Part shown: piece by piece, positions 45,766 to 55,233 of the stretch
Numbering within the stretch: the first letter of the stretch is position 1
Layout: every line of letters starts with the position of its first letter
Virus record (IMG/VR): IMGVR_UViG_3300034128_000011
Span: 3,389-67,388 of that record
DNA: 64,000 nt
Origin: a virus
Taxonomy: Duplodnaviria; Caudoviricetes
Reading direction: 5' to 3' (one strand)
Notes under the pieces: model-generated
Database searches by the model: none
What the model was told of the DNA's origin: nothing
What the model saw: only the letters and a program-made list of their open reading frames with translations
Position numbers and translations under genes: made by a program

Positions 45766-46959
45766 TTACGGTTTGATGATTCCGTGAAGCTCTTCCAACT
45801 GAACTTCCAGACCAAGCTCGGTCATGAACTGATCGAGAAAATAGTCCGCGTCGTTCGGCTGGATGTTGGCGTCAAGCACCGTGGGACGGAACTCCCGCAG
45901 CTTGATGTAGCGCGGCTGGATCACGATGGCCCAACCGTCAAGGAAATCGGAGAGGATCGGATCCTCAACGAAATCCCAGATCCGCCCCGCCCACACCATT
46001 TTGGACACATCGACGCCATACAGCGTCGTGACGTCCATGACCTGCCGATTCGCCAGAGCGATCTTGTTGATGTCACTGATCACCTTGGAACTGGCAATGA
46101 CCAGACGCCGATTCAGCTTTCCGTCCGTTGCGTACCTGTAGTTGTGAACGGACGTCATGAAATCAAAATACAGATCGTCGGTCAGTGTCGAACCGTACTC
46201 CAGCACGTTGGTGGAGATCTGGTTGATCAGACCTGTTAACGTGGTGCGGGGCTCGGTGCCGCTGGTGTCGAGAATGCCATCGCTCTGAAGCAGGGACTTC
46301 TCGATGTCGATGATGTGCGCGATTTCCTTCTCACCCCGCAGGCGATCGCGTTCGGGCGCACCGTACAGACGGTTGTTGGCGTGCGTCTTGGTGACCTTGT
46401 ACGAGTGCTTGAAGATCTGGGTGTAGAACGCACGACGCAGCGGAACCGTCGCGTTCGTCTTCGCACTCAGGGTACCCTGCGCGAAGCTGTTTCCCCAGAC
46501 CTGAATCATCGTGCCAGCAGGAATTACGGGCAACGTCTTTGCTGCCGCCGTGTTGGTGTTGGCTTTCACGGAAAGCGCGTCGGCAGTGATCGCCGTGATG
46601 ATCGCTTCCTGTGTCTCTGTTGCGCTGTCGTACGTCACGTCTTTGCCGCGCAGAATGTCGCCAAGCTGGAAGTATGTTCCCTTCCCTGTTGCGACGTTCC
46701 ACGTGCTGGTTGCTCCAGCAGCACCCTCACTTGCGAGCAGTGCCTTCTGCGGATTCGGGCGCGTCTCGAAGATGCGGAATTCGTGAGTCAGGGTGGGTTC
46801 GCTGTTGATATTGAGCATGAGGCTCAAAAAAGGCGCAGCGGACTCGCGCTGACGAATGAGTTGCATACGGTAATCAATGTTTACACGCTCGGCACCCTGA
46901 AGTGCGGAGTCATTGAAACCGCCCAACTCGGTGTTCAGAACTGTCGGTTCGGTTGCCAT
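45766..46959 (-). CDS. Major capsid protein (SU10/DUF5309-like HK97 fold)
   Basis: YTQIFKHSYKVTKT, EKEIAHIIDIEKSLL..G, RTTLTGLINQI, ELGLEV; follows the scaffold gene. Confidence 0.88.
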   Translation of the reverse strand: MATEPTVLNTELGGFNDSALQGAERVNIDYRMQLIRQRESAAPFLSLMLNINSEPTLTHEFRIFETRPNPQKALLASEGAAGATSTWNVATGKGTYFQLGDILRGKDVTYDSATETQEAIITAITADALSVKANTNTAAAKTLPVIPAGTMIQVWGNSFAQGTLSAKTNATVPLRRAFYTQIFKHSYKVTKTHANNRLYGAPERDRLRGEKEIAHIIDIEKSLLQSDGILDTSGTEPRTTLTGLINQISTNVLEYGSTLTDDLYFDFMTSVHNYRYATDGKLNRRLVIASSKVISDINKIALANRQVMDVTTLYGVDVSKMVWAGRIWDFVEDPILSDFLDGWAIVIQPRYIKLREFRPTVLDANIQPNDADYFLDQFMTELGLEVQLEELHGIIKP

Positions 46960-46978
46960 GTGTTAAAACCTTTTGCTG

Positions 46979-48175
46979 CTAAAATCCCAGCTTGTCGAGC
47001 GCAGGATTGCCCCTGCCAGTCGAACTGCGCTGGCTTGCGTCACGCACGCGATCGCCAAGAGACTGCCTTGGCATCACCTGCGGGCGCGTAGGGAGACTGC
47101 CCTTCCCATCTAAGAACTGTGCGCCGTCCTGTTTTCCAGAGACGTTCGCTGCAATCCTCTCGGCACTGGGTGTGGATGGGACTGTGATCTGAATGCTTGG
47201 TACTGCCGTGGGTTGACCCCCACGGATAGAAAGCAAACCACCTGTGGCGGCTTTCCGCTGGAACGCCATTTCGAGAGAGATGTTCATCTTCTTCGCATAG
47301 TCCACGATGTCATAGACATCCAGCAACTTCTGTACATCTGGATGATCACGCTGGCCTTGCTTGTCGATCTTCTCGATCACCGCTTGTAGCGGTTCCGTCA
47401 TGGCAATCTCAGGGTGCACTGCCATAAGCTCTTCGGCCTCAGCAATCGTTCTGTCGATCGCAACTCTCTGCAGATCGGACTGAAGCCTTACCTGTTCGGA
47501 TTCGATCTCGACGAGCCGCTGTTTGGCCGTTTGGATCTGGTTGTACTCGAACAGTTTCTGTGGATCGAGTGTTCCATCCTCGCGGTAAATCTGGTTCTCT
47601 GCCATCTGGCGCGTCGCTGTTGCCTGCAGACGCTCCTTTTCAGCAGTGATCCGTTGATCGGCATCGGCCAATGCGCGCTGCCTCATTTGGATTTCACGCG
47701 CTGCCGCCTCTACCTCTCTCCGCTGGCGAGAATTCTCTTCCGCCTTTTGAGTATTGGAACGCTTCCACGCTGAATCGTGTGCATCTTTGATATATCCCTG
47801 TAGCATCCTGAGTCGATTCTCCACAGGGATCTGAGAGGTATCGACATTGTACGCATTCTCCATGTCGGCAAGCCATTCCGACTGCTTCTTCGTAACACCA
47901 CCAACGGTGATGTTCGCGTCGGGAACGGCTTGCGGCGCCTGTGCGGGCGCCTGCGCTGGCTGTACGGGCTGTACTGGAGCAACAGGTGGTTGCCCCTCAA
48001 CAACTGGAGCCTGCACGGCTGGCGCAGGAGCTACGGGCTGGATCTCCATCGGCTGATTGCCGTGCTGCGCCATGTACTGATCGGGTGTCATCATCCCCAC
48101 GACATTGCCATCTCTGCCGATCTTCGGCAGATCTTCTGGCTTCAAGTCTTCGGGATTATATTCTTGCCCTTGCAT
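46979..48175 (-). CDS. Capsid scaffolding protein
   Basis: Pro/Gln/Ala-rich N-terminus, long coiled coil, directly upstream of the capsid gene. Confidence 0.75.
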   Translation of the reverse strand: MQGQEYNPEDLKPEDLPKIGRDGNVVGMMTPDQYMAQHGNQPMEIQPVAPAPAVQAPVVEGQPPVAPVQPVQPAQAPAQAPQAVPDANITVGGVTKKQSEWLADMENAYNVDTSQIPVENRLRMLQGYIKDAHDSAWKRSNTQKAEENSRQRREVEAAAREIQMRQRALADADQRITAEKERLQATATRQMAENQIYREDGTLDPQKLFEYNQIQTAKQRLVEIESEQVRLQSDLQRVAIDRTIAEAEELMAVHPEIAMTEPLQAVIEKIDKQGQRDHPDVQKLLDVYDIVDYAKKMNISLEMAFQRKAATGGLLSIRGGQPTAVPSIQITVPSTPSAERIAANVSGKQDGAQFLDGKGSLPTRPQVMPRQSLGDRVRDASQRSSTGRGNPALDKLGF

Positions 48176-48242
48176 AACGACCTCTCACTGATCCCGCCTG
48201 TTGTACAGACGGTGCGCTCTGTGGCGCCAGATGAATGATTGC

Positions 48243-48464
48243 TCAGAATCCGTCCGCATTGCCACGATAGGCAGTGATCGGCGTAGTCCGAACTTGACTT
48301 GTGTTTGTGCCAGCGATTTCCACGAACCGCGATGGCTTCGCTTCCACCATCTCGCTCAGCATCTCGTCCGTTGGATAGGTCGGCGGGATCACCAAGTAAG
48401 AAGTGTCGCCCGCTCGTTCAGGGAATTTCATCCCCTGCGATGTCTCACTGTTCTCATTCGCCAT
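48243..48464 (-). CDS. Hypothetical protein
   Basis: AAGGAGG SD before ATG 48464. Confidence 0.55.
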   Translation of the reverse strand: MANENSETSQGMKFPERAGDTSYLVIPPTYPTDEMLSEMVEAKPSRFVEIAGTNTSQVRTTPITAYRGNADGF

Positions 48465-48894
48465 TACCGTGATCCTCCTTGCGTATGGCATGACCTGTAT
48501 TGGGTGGTATTGCACAGCCGCAGACCGCACAGACCTCTTCATGCAGTTGGCCGATTGTCAATGCTTCCACTCCTGATGGGGCGTGTAGAGGGCAGAGCCA
48601 GTCGAATCCCTTAACCATTAGGCCATCATAGGCTCTACCCTTTGGCTGCTCGACCTCTTTTGGCGCAACAATGCGCTGCTCTTCGATCCCGAAGAGCTTT
48701 TTGATGACGAGCGGATGCGAAAGCCATGCTTGCCACAGATCGTCGATGCTCATGGCGACTAACCTCACCGTTGAATCCTCTGGCGTGAGGGCTTCCCACC
48801 ATGTCATGCGCGTCTCTTCACTCGCCTTGAATGAAAGATGCCAGCCGTGAGACTGTATTGCCTGAATGTATGCAGCCTCTGCGGTCGTCATCAA
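48454..48894 (-). CDS. Hypothetical protein with C-terminal Cys/His motif
   Basis: CPLH...CAVCG; ATGA overlap. Confidence 0.55.
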   Translation of the reverse strand: MMTTAEAAYIQAIQSHGWHLSFKASEETRMTWWEALTPEDSTVRLVAMSIDDLWQAWLSHPLVIKKLFGIEEQRIVAPKEVEQPKGRAYDGLMVKGFDWLCPLHAPSGVEALTIGQLHEEVCAVCGCAIPPNTGHAIRKEDHGNGE

Positions 48895-49148
48895 TACCCC
48901 GCATCTTCCACTTTGGACTTCTGGACACTGGGCTTTGTCGTCAGCGAATGGATCTCAAGCTCGTAGCAATAGTCGCGGGTCTGCACGTCCTGTCGAACCG
49001 AACGTACGACGCCCTCAACTTCCGCTTTGATCTTCTCGCCGATTTTGAAACCAGAGTTCTCCTTGTTGTGAACAGCGATCGTGGGGTACCACACGCTGTC
49101 CAATGCGACAGGAGCTCCATTAGCCTTACTGCCCAATACGTACTTCAT
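48891..49148 (-). CDS. Small hypothetical protein
   Basis: ATGA overlap with the portal stop. Confidence 0.55.
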   Translation of the reverse strand: MKYVLGSKANGAPVALDSVWYPTIAVHNKENSGFKIGEKIKAEVEGVVRSVRQDVQTRDYCYELEIHSLTTKPSVQKSKVEDAGY

Positions 49149-51280
49149 TTCGCACCTTCCTTCTTCTTCTCTTCTGGTTTAATGGATCCGCCAGTTTGCA
49201 ACACAGCCAGAGCCTGCTGCACCAGAGCGTACAGATCTGGATTTTCCATCACGGTGTTGCCCATCTGCAGCACCTGATTCATCTGATCGGCTTCCATCGC
49301 GACACTATCGGCGTCAGGATAATCAAGGTCGATCAGCAATCGCTTGGTCGTCAGTTTTCCCATGCCCGCGAGCTGCAACGCGCGATTGGCGCGAAGCTCT
49401 TTGTCGCGATCGGCATTGAAATCGACGTCGTACACGAGATCAAGATCCGCGTCCTGCGTCATGTCGTTGATATCGAAAATGACTGTCGGGATCTCTTCAA
49501 CCGCAACCTCCTGCTGGAACTGCTCTGGGGTCATGCCAGACTGCTCGATCGCCCCCTTGAGTTGTTCGGGCGTCAGGATCTGGCCATTGACCTTGTACTG
49601 CACGAGCTCGTGCCGTTTGACCTCATTGTCCATCTCGAACCGATAGCGGGCTTCCTTGACCTTCTGCTGCAGCTCCATCATGAACTGCTGGTTCTGCTCC
49701 ATCTCAGGAGTGATCTGGATCCCCAGCATTTCGAGCATGAGCTGGTTGTACTCCTGATCATTGACCGTGAAATTGATCGGCACGTATTCGGGGTCGGCCT
49801 TGTTTTCGTCCGTGACCTTCACCCAATCCTCTTCCGTGCTCTTCTTGGAGATGATCTTGTACAGAATCTGCGAGATCTTCGTCATCGTCCAGCGTACCAT
49901 GACGTCCTTGCGGCCATGGGAAACGCGATCGCGAGAGATCAGCATGTTCACTGTGGCAGTTGCCAGACGTTCGCGCGGCATTTCTCCGCGAGAGAGCGCA
50001 TGAGACGACTGAACTTCGTCAATCGCCCCCTGCACCATCCCATAGAGCTGTACGAGCGCAGGATTGATCTCTCGCGGATAGTGCACCTTAAAGTTCTCGT
50101 CAGGCACCAGTCGCGGGCCTGTGCCATTGATCGCGGCGATAAGCTGATCGCCAAACTGCTGGTACGTCGCTGGACTGACGCTGTAGATGCCGCTGTTGCC
50201 TTTCTTGGCGTTGTCGAGCATGACACTGACGAACACATTGAGCAGATCCTGCAGGTTCTTCTCGTATTTCGTCGAGCCAAACGGATAGACCCTGCCTTCA
50301 GACCTGATGTTGATGAACGGAATGATCGTGTCCGACATATATTCGATGGGCGCATTGTAGAACACCCCGATCGACTCATTATAGTAGCATACGTACCACA
50401 CATCTTCAGTCGATTGGAACACCAGCGCGCGCGTTTTCTCGTTATCGAGCGCCTTGAGGTACGTTTGCTCGTCGATCTCGACGAACGGCTTGTCCTTCGC
50501 ACCATCTGGGTTCACTGCATAGTAGATGACCTCTGTTTCTGTGTACTGAACCTCATCCACGGTGCAGTGCTGCTGGCGAAAGTCCGATGTCTGCGTGTTG
50601 TACGGCTCATCGCTCTTGCGATCGGCAGCGAATGTCGCGTTGTCCCGCAAAAACGGCCTGAACCTCATATTCGCACCGTCCACGGTGAAGCGCTGACGGT
50701 GAATGACGTACCGTTTGTCCTGATAATAGTAGCGGCGGCACCGTGGGTCGATCAGGATGTCGCGGCACGAGATGTCCTGCATCATGATCCTGCCGTGTGG
50801 CAAGTCTTTGTACGGATCGAACCACACTTTCACCCAGTGGAGCCCCCTGCGGATCCCGCAGTCGAGCGTCGGCACCATGATCTCGTCCCAGAGCTTCACC
50901 GAATCGCTCACATAGTCCAATTTCTTCTGGATGGCCTTGGCAAAGCGGCGATCGCGCGGCGTCCGCCCCGATACTAGGAGCATTCGTTTGCCAGTGAGGA
51001 AGTCGCCCAGCGTCTTTTCGTGGCTCATGACGACCTTGTTGAGCACAACGTACTGCTTTGACGTCATGTTGCCCTTCGTCGGGTCATTCACATCCACCAG
51101 CGACTGCTTGTGATCGTCGGTGAAGCCCGCTGGCACCTGATCGGACTCGAAATACTTGTCCGCATCGGCCCACTCTGTCCACATCTGGCGATGGGACGTC
51201 TGTGCTTCGATCACAAAATCGCGAATCTTGCCATCAAGTTTCGCTCGGTGATCACTATTGTTGACGACGTCATAGAACAT
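49145..51280 (-). CDS. Portal protein (P22-like dodecameric)
   Basis: 711 aa between terminase and scaffold; RGLHWVKVW, ILIDP, QDLLN...LDN, helical C-terminal barrel region. Confidence 0.9.
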   Translation of the reverse strand: MFYDVVNNSDHRAKLDGKIRDFVIEAQTSHRQMWTEWADADKYFESDQVPAGFTDDHKQSLVDVNDPTKGNMTSKQYVVLNKVVMSHEKTLGDFLTGKRMLLVSGRTPRDRRFAKAIQKKLDYVSDSVKLWDEIMVPTLDCGIRRGLHWVKVWFDPYKDLPHGRIMMQDISCRDILIDPRCRRYYYQDKRYVIHRQRFTVDGANMRFRPFLRDNATFAADRKSDEPYNTQTSDFRQQHCTVDEVQYTETEVIYYAVNPDGAKDKPFVEIDEQTYLKALDNEKTRALVFQSTEDVWYVCYYNESIGVFYNAPIEYMSDTIIPFINIRSEGRVYPFGSTKYEKNLQDLLNVFVSVMLDNAKKGNSGIYSVSPATYQQFGDQLIAAINGTGPRLVPDENFKVHYPREINPALVQLYGMVQGAIDEVQSSHALSRGEMPRERLATATVNMLISRDRVSHGRKDVMVRWTMTKISQILYKIISKKSTEEDWVKVTDENKADPEYVPINFTVNDQEYNQLMLEMLGIQITPEMEQNQQFMMELQQKVKEARYRFEMDNEVKRHELVQYKVNGQILTPEQLKGAIEQSGMTPEQFQQEVAVEEIPTVIFDINDMTQDADLDLVYDVDFNADRDKELRANRALQLAGMGKLTTKRLLIDLDYPDADSVAMEADQMNQVLQMGNTVMENPDLYALVQQALAVLQTGGSIKPEEKKKEGAK

Positions 51281-51300
51281 GAGCTGGCACTTTCCTTTCC

Positions 51301-51582
51301 CTACATCTTCAGGCCATCAGCGTTCGGATCGACCTTCGTATTTGTAGGATCGTAGGAATCAGGGTAGATCGTGCGGCCATCATTGAGCTCCTTCAGATCC
51401 ATTCCTGCCCACATGATGGCTTCCTGCAGCTTCGTCACCGTCAGATTGCGTTCCCGCGACTTCCGCACGCTCTCGCGCAGGAACTGGATGACCTCATCAA
51501 TGACCTTTCGTACGGCCTTGTCCTCACGGATGGCACGTTCGACATCGGTATCGCCCTCAACGGGCTCCAGTTCGATTGACAT
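51301..51582 (-). CDS. Acb2/Tad1-like helical hairpin protein
   Basis: SRERNLTVTKLQEAIMW motif; C-terminal YPDSYDP.N..VDPNADGLK. Confidence 0.6.
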   Translation of the reverse strand: MSIELEPVEGDTDVERAIREDKAVRKVIDEVIQFLRESVRKSRERNLTVTKLQEAIMWAGMDLKELNDGRTIYPDSYDPTNTKVDPNADGLKM

Positions 51583-51749
51583 CAGTTCCTCGCTGCTTCT
51601 TGTGAGTATTCGAGATCACTTTCCGTGCCGCATTTCGGGCATTGGATCGTGTGGATCTCGCCGAAATATGATTCCAAAGATACAAGATTTCCGCAGTGCG
51701 GGCAATAGGCTGTCGTAATAAGCCCCAGTTTTATGTGAAATGGCCTCAC
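51582..51749 (-). CDS. Small zinc-ribbon protein (start uncertain, GTG overlapping the terL stop)
   Basis: CPHCG...CPKCG. Confidence 0.45.
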   Translation of the reverse strand: MRPFHIKLGLITTAYCPHCGNLVSLESYFGEIHTIQCPKCGTESDLEYSQEAARN

Positions 51750-53806
51750 CAATCGGTACGCCAGTCTCTTGGGGCCAGCACTTCGATCGTGTTCGGCTGC
51801 TGTTTCTTCGCTTCCGTCTGTGCCGCCCATTTTTCCTCCGCCGTGGTAGCCGCTTTTGTCGCCGTGGCCTTTGGAGCAAACACCTGCATGAACGGCATTT
51901 TCATCGCATCATAGTCGTGATCATCCTGTTTTTCGCCCAGATCCATCAGATCGTTCGGATCTGCCTGCAGGGCGGGCAGTGTCTGGATAATCGACTGGCA
52001 GGTATCGAAGAAAAAGAGCTTCGGCTGGCGCTCGACCTCACCCTCTTTGGTGATCACGTACCCCAGATAGCTCCGTACGGCCTCATTGCAGGCCACACGG
52101 TAGCGATACTCTTCCGTGCCTTTCTTCGAGACAGGGAGCAGCACAGGCGGACGCTTGCTCTTGGCCTTGAACTTGTCCTGCCAGATCGTGGTGATGATCA
52201 CTGCAGGGGTTTTCGTGGATCCTGTATCGCGGCCTGTGTTCGACCAAAGGTTGACGTCACCGATCACCAACAGGTGTTCGCCAAGCCCGCGTTCCAGCAT
52301 GAATTCCGCACTCTTTTCGGCAAACTCCATGGCCGTGTACCCGTTCGGTTTCTCCAGATTGGGCTCCAGACGGAACTCGTGCTCGACATATACGTTGCCC
52401 AGATGATCGCAGGCCAGAAACTCCATGACCTTGACGTTGCCATAATCGAAGCCCGCCGCCCGCCGCCACTGTGGGGGGAGCTCGCGATAGGGCATGACAT
52501 GGATCTCGCTGATGAACTGATCGAAAAACTGACCCAGAACGACGTCCCAGTCACCCTTGAACATGGCCTTGCGACGAATCGGATTCGGATCCGTTGCAAG
52601 TGCAGCGATGTACTTGGTGTCGTGCTTGAGCAGCGGGTTGTCCATCACTGTCGTGTGGATCCTGCGGAACGACCGTCCGTAGACGATTCCCTCCATTTCC
52701 TGCTCAATCAGGTAGGTAGTGCTGGGTTTCTTGTTGGTGATGAACCTGCGCTTGACCCATGCGTGGCCCCTGCCAAGAGGATTGGCTGTGGCGCGCACGG
52801 CGCACCTGAGACTCAGGTCGCCCGCCCTGTTCTGGAGCATCAGATAGTCAAACTGGGCTTCTTCGAACTCTTCGAGCTGATCGAACAGGAGATCGACGAT
52901 CTGCCATCCCTGATACTTCTGCTCGTCGCCCAGATGTTCCACGTTGTGGAACGCCAGCCAGCCGCCTGCGGGGAACACAAAGCGGGACTCTGATCCCTGC
53001 CAATGCGCTTTGAGCTGGGGGAGCTTGCCAAACCAGTAGGTCGCGCGGTCGATGCACTCGACCAAACGCTTGTACTCCCTACGGAAGATCACGCCGTGCC
53101 AGATCGGGTGGGTCAGCTTCTCAGGCCGAATGCAGTGGAAGATCAGCAAATCGGTCTTTCCGCTTCCTTTTCCGCCTTCCATGAGCACGATGTCTTCGCC
53201 CGATGTGAGGAATTCGTACTGGGGGCCACGGCAAACGGGCTCACTGGGCAGGGCGTCGGGCTGCCAGATCACGTCCTTGTACTGCGCGGCTGTCTCGCGC
53301 TGGGTCTGGCGCTTGACCTTCACCCCCCGCAGGTTCTGAACAGCTACGTCGTGCCTGTGCGCCCGATGGGCGATGCGGCGGTTGATGAACGCCTCAACCT
53401 GCACCTGATCGGTGACCCGTACCTTCTCCTGATACAAGAGCTGGTTGCAACTGCCGAACTTGAGGCCCGCCCTGCGGGCGATCTCCTGCACGAGTTCGTC
53501 ACGAGTGAACACCAGCTCCAGATTACTCAGGATCTTCTGGGCGATATCGTACAACTCGCGGTCGGTCATCCCATCGTGAGCTTCGTACTTCGCGGCGTAC
53601 TTCACAACCTGCGTCGGATCCACAGGGATCCCAATCAAATGCTTCAGCCGTGCGTACGTCCTGAACTTGGCTCGGTGCTTCGGCGCATGATGATCAAACC
53701 GCGTCAGATCCAGATCGGCGGTCGATGGGATCTGGAGCTCACCATTCTCACCCACCTGCTCGTCCACCAACCGCCGTGTCTGGTAATCTGTGATAATTGC
53801 AGTCAT
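51746..53806 (-). CDS. terL: Terminase large subunit with long N-terminal extension
   Basis: Walker A GGKGSGKT at ~aa 210, LLFDQLEEF Walker B, ATANP.GRGHAWVK, nuclease GFDYG, DHDYDA. Confidence 0.95.
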   Translation of the reverse strand: MTAIITDYQTRRLVDEQVGENGELQIPSTADLDLTRFDHHAPKHRAKFRTYARLKHLIGIPVDPTQVVKYAAKYEAHDGMTDRELYDIAQKILSNLELVFTRDELVQEIARRAGLKFGSCNQLLYQEKVRVTDQVQVEAFINRRIAHRAHRHDVAVQNLRGVKVKRQTQRETAAQYKDVIWQPDALPSEPVCRGPQYEFLTSGEDIVLMEGGKGSGKTDLLIFHCIRPEKLTHPIWHGVIFRREYKRLVECIDRATYWFGKLPQLKAHWQGSESRFVFPAGGWLAFHNVEHLGDEQKYQGWQIVDLLFDQLEEFEEAQFDYLMLQNRAGDLSLRCAVRATANPLGRGHAWVKRRFITNKKPSTTYLIEQEMEGIVYGRSFRRIHTTVMDNPLLKHDTKYIAALATDPNPIRRKAMFKGDWDVVLGQFFDQFISEIHVMPYRELPPQWRRAAGFDYGNVKVMEFLACDHLGNVYVEHEFRLEPNLEKPNGYTAMEFAEKSAEFMLERGLGEHLLVIGDVNLWSNTGRDTGSTKTPAVIITTIWQDKFKAKSKRPPVLLPVSKKGTEEYRYRVACNEAVRSYLGYVITKEGEVERQPKLFFFDTCQSIIQTLPALQADPNDLMDLGEKQDDHDYDAMKMPFMQVFAPKATATKAATTAEEKWAAQTEAKKQQPNTIEVLAPRDWRTDW

Positions 53807-54150
53807 TTCACGCTTTCCTGCTTCTTGTCCCGCTCAAACCTCAGTTCGGCGATGTTCACCGCTGCTGCCATTGGGGGTACAATAATGCACGAGAATCCGT
53901 CCTCTACTGCAATCTGAGACTTCTGGACAGGCTTGCCCGTTGCATACTCTTCCAGAAAGCGGATGGCGTCCAAATCGGGCTTGGTGGCGAAGAAGTTCGT
54001 GATCTCCCCAGTCTTCTTGTCCTTGTGGCTCATCACCAGCCCTCGTGCCAAGGCCGCCGCAAGCTCCACCCTCTCTTGGGCTGGAATCTGCTTCTCAATG
54101 ATCGCAGCTACCCGATCCTTGGTCACCGATTTCTTCAGCGTACGCCTCAT
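53803..54150 (-). CDS. terS: Terminase small subunit (probable)
   Basis: Upstream of terL with ATGA overlap; DLDAIRFLEEYATGKPVQK pattern. Confidence 0.7.
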   Translation of the reverse strand: MRRTLKKSVTKDRVAAIIEKQIPAQERVELAAALARGLVMSHKDKKTGEITNFFATKPDLDAIRFLEEYATGKPVQKSQIAVEDGFSCIIVPPMAAAVNIAELRFERDKKQESVK

Positions 54151-54177
54151 AATCCCTCGGAAATGGACTCAAATGAG

Positions 54178-54193
54178 TGTTTCACGTGAAACA
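54178..54193. promoter_or_regulatory. parS: Perfect parS palindrome TGTTTCACGTGAAACA
   Basis: Exact match to the widespread bacterial chromosomal parS consensus TGTTNCACGTGAAACA. Confidence 0.8.
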
Positions 54194-54604
54194 TTAGTCC
54201 AAACAGACATATTGCCCAGTAAATGTCAAGTGATTTCGAAATCTGGAAATTTTTTGTGGGGGAATTCGGGAATGACCTTAGCTGTGGGAAAGCCCCATGT
54301 TGAGATTCCAACGGAAAGCGCAGGCTGGGAAACGGTTCTCTGTCTGGAGCGTGGACTGGATAGATAGGGGTGGATGGAACCGACAGGCCAGCCCCCCCCA
54401 TGCAATATGAATGATCGCGAGTCTTCTGTAGCATGGGCATGGAATAGCGCAATACAGGCTGAATTCGAGCCCGCTCTGCGATAGGATGATCCGCCCGCTG
54501 CCTGATTCTATTCGAAATAGGCCGATTCGATCTGTGTCCCATGTCCATACATGGTCATCACATACCAATGGGATATGGCGAATCCAGCGATATTTCACAG
54601 GAAT

Positions 54605-54634
54605 TTGACAAAAGTGGTTCGGTTCGGTTAATTT
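54605..54634 (+). promoter_or_regulatory. Early sigma70 promoter
   Basis: TTGACA 54605-54610, TAATTT 54629-54634 (18-nt spacer), ahead of the first early gene. Confidence 0.6.
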
Positions 54635-54681
54635 CTGGCAGTTCGGGATCATCCCGTTCGCCATAATCGAAAGGATATACC

Positions 54682-54987
54682 ATGTCGCGCATAGCCAAAG
54701 CTCCGCAGACAGACATCACCGCGTTGATCGCGCAGATCGACGCACTCAAGGCGCAGATAACGGGCGCAACGCCAGCGGTTATCGCACCGAAACCCAAGGC
54801 CAAGGTCGCGATGCCCAAGATCGTCTCGGTCGAGCGCGGCGTCATCGTCGGCTCCAAGGGCGACGAATCGCCGTGCATGGTGTTCATCGACGAGCGCGGT
54901 CGCGAGACTCGGATCGGCCTGCGCAAGATCTGCATGGTCGTGGATGCGATCGCGAAATGCACCGCGATGGCTACCGAACTCAGGTAA
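54682..54987 (+). CDS. Hypothetical early protein
   Basis: AAAGGA SD; followed by a terminator. Confidence 0.7.
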   Translation: MSRIAKAPQTDITALIAQIDALKAQITGATPAVIAPKPKAKVAMPKIVSVERGVIVGSKGDESPCMVFIDERGRETRIGLRKICMVVDAIAKCTAMATELR

Positions 54988-54995
54988 GCCACCCT

Positions 54996-55037
54996 GCGCA
55001 GGGTGCCCAAACGGGCACCTTGCGCGGTTATTTTTTT
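54996..55037 (+). terminator. Rho-independent terminator
   Basis: GCGCAGGGTGCCC-AAAC-GGGCACCTTGCGC then GGTTATTTTTTT. Confidence 0.8.
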
Positions 55038-55065
55038 CCACTTGCGCTATACCATGAGGCTCTTG

Positions 55066-55209
55066 ATGCAGACGAGAACGAAAGCAGGCATTGCGCTGGC
55101 ACTTGTGACAGCGATCACATTGCTGTGGATCATCGCAGGGAGTGCAGTCGAATCCCTTGCATTGGGCACGGCGTTGATCGCGGTGCCAGCCATACTGTGC
55201 AGAGCGTAA
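55066..55209 (+). CDS. Small two-TM hydrophobic protein
   Basis: MQTRTKAGIALALVTAITLLWIIAGSAVESLALGTALIAVPAILCRA; GAGG SD. Confidence 0.45.
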   Translation: MQTRTKAGIALALVTAITLLWIIAGSAVESLALGTALIAVPAILCRA

Positions 55210-55233
55210 AGCGGTCGTTATTGGATCGAATGT

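Noticed and set aside
49196-52993. 593-aa and 417-aa + strand ORFs opposite portal and terL
   Set aside because: Shadow ORFs from GC-rich codon bias on the coding strand; no recognisable motifs
54232-54520. GATTTCGAAATC palindrome (54232-54243) and similar CTATTCGAAATAG (54508-54520) as cos or operator sites
   Set aside because: Short, only partly alike, and genome termini cannot be inferred without read data
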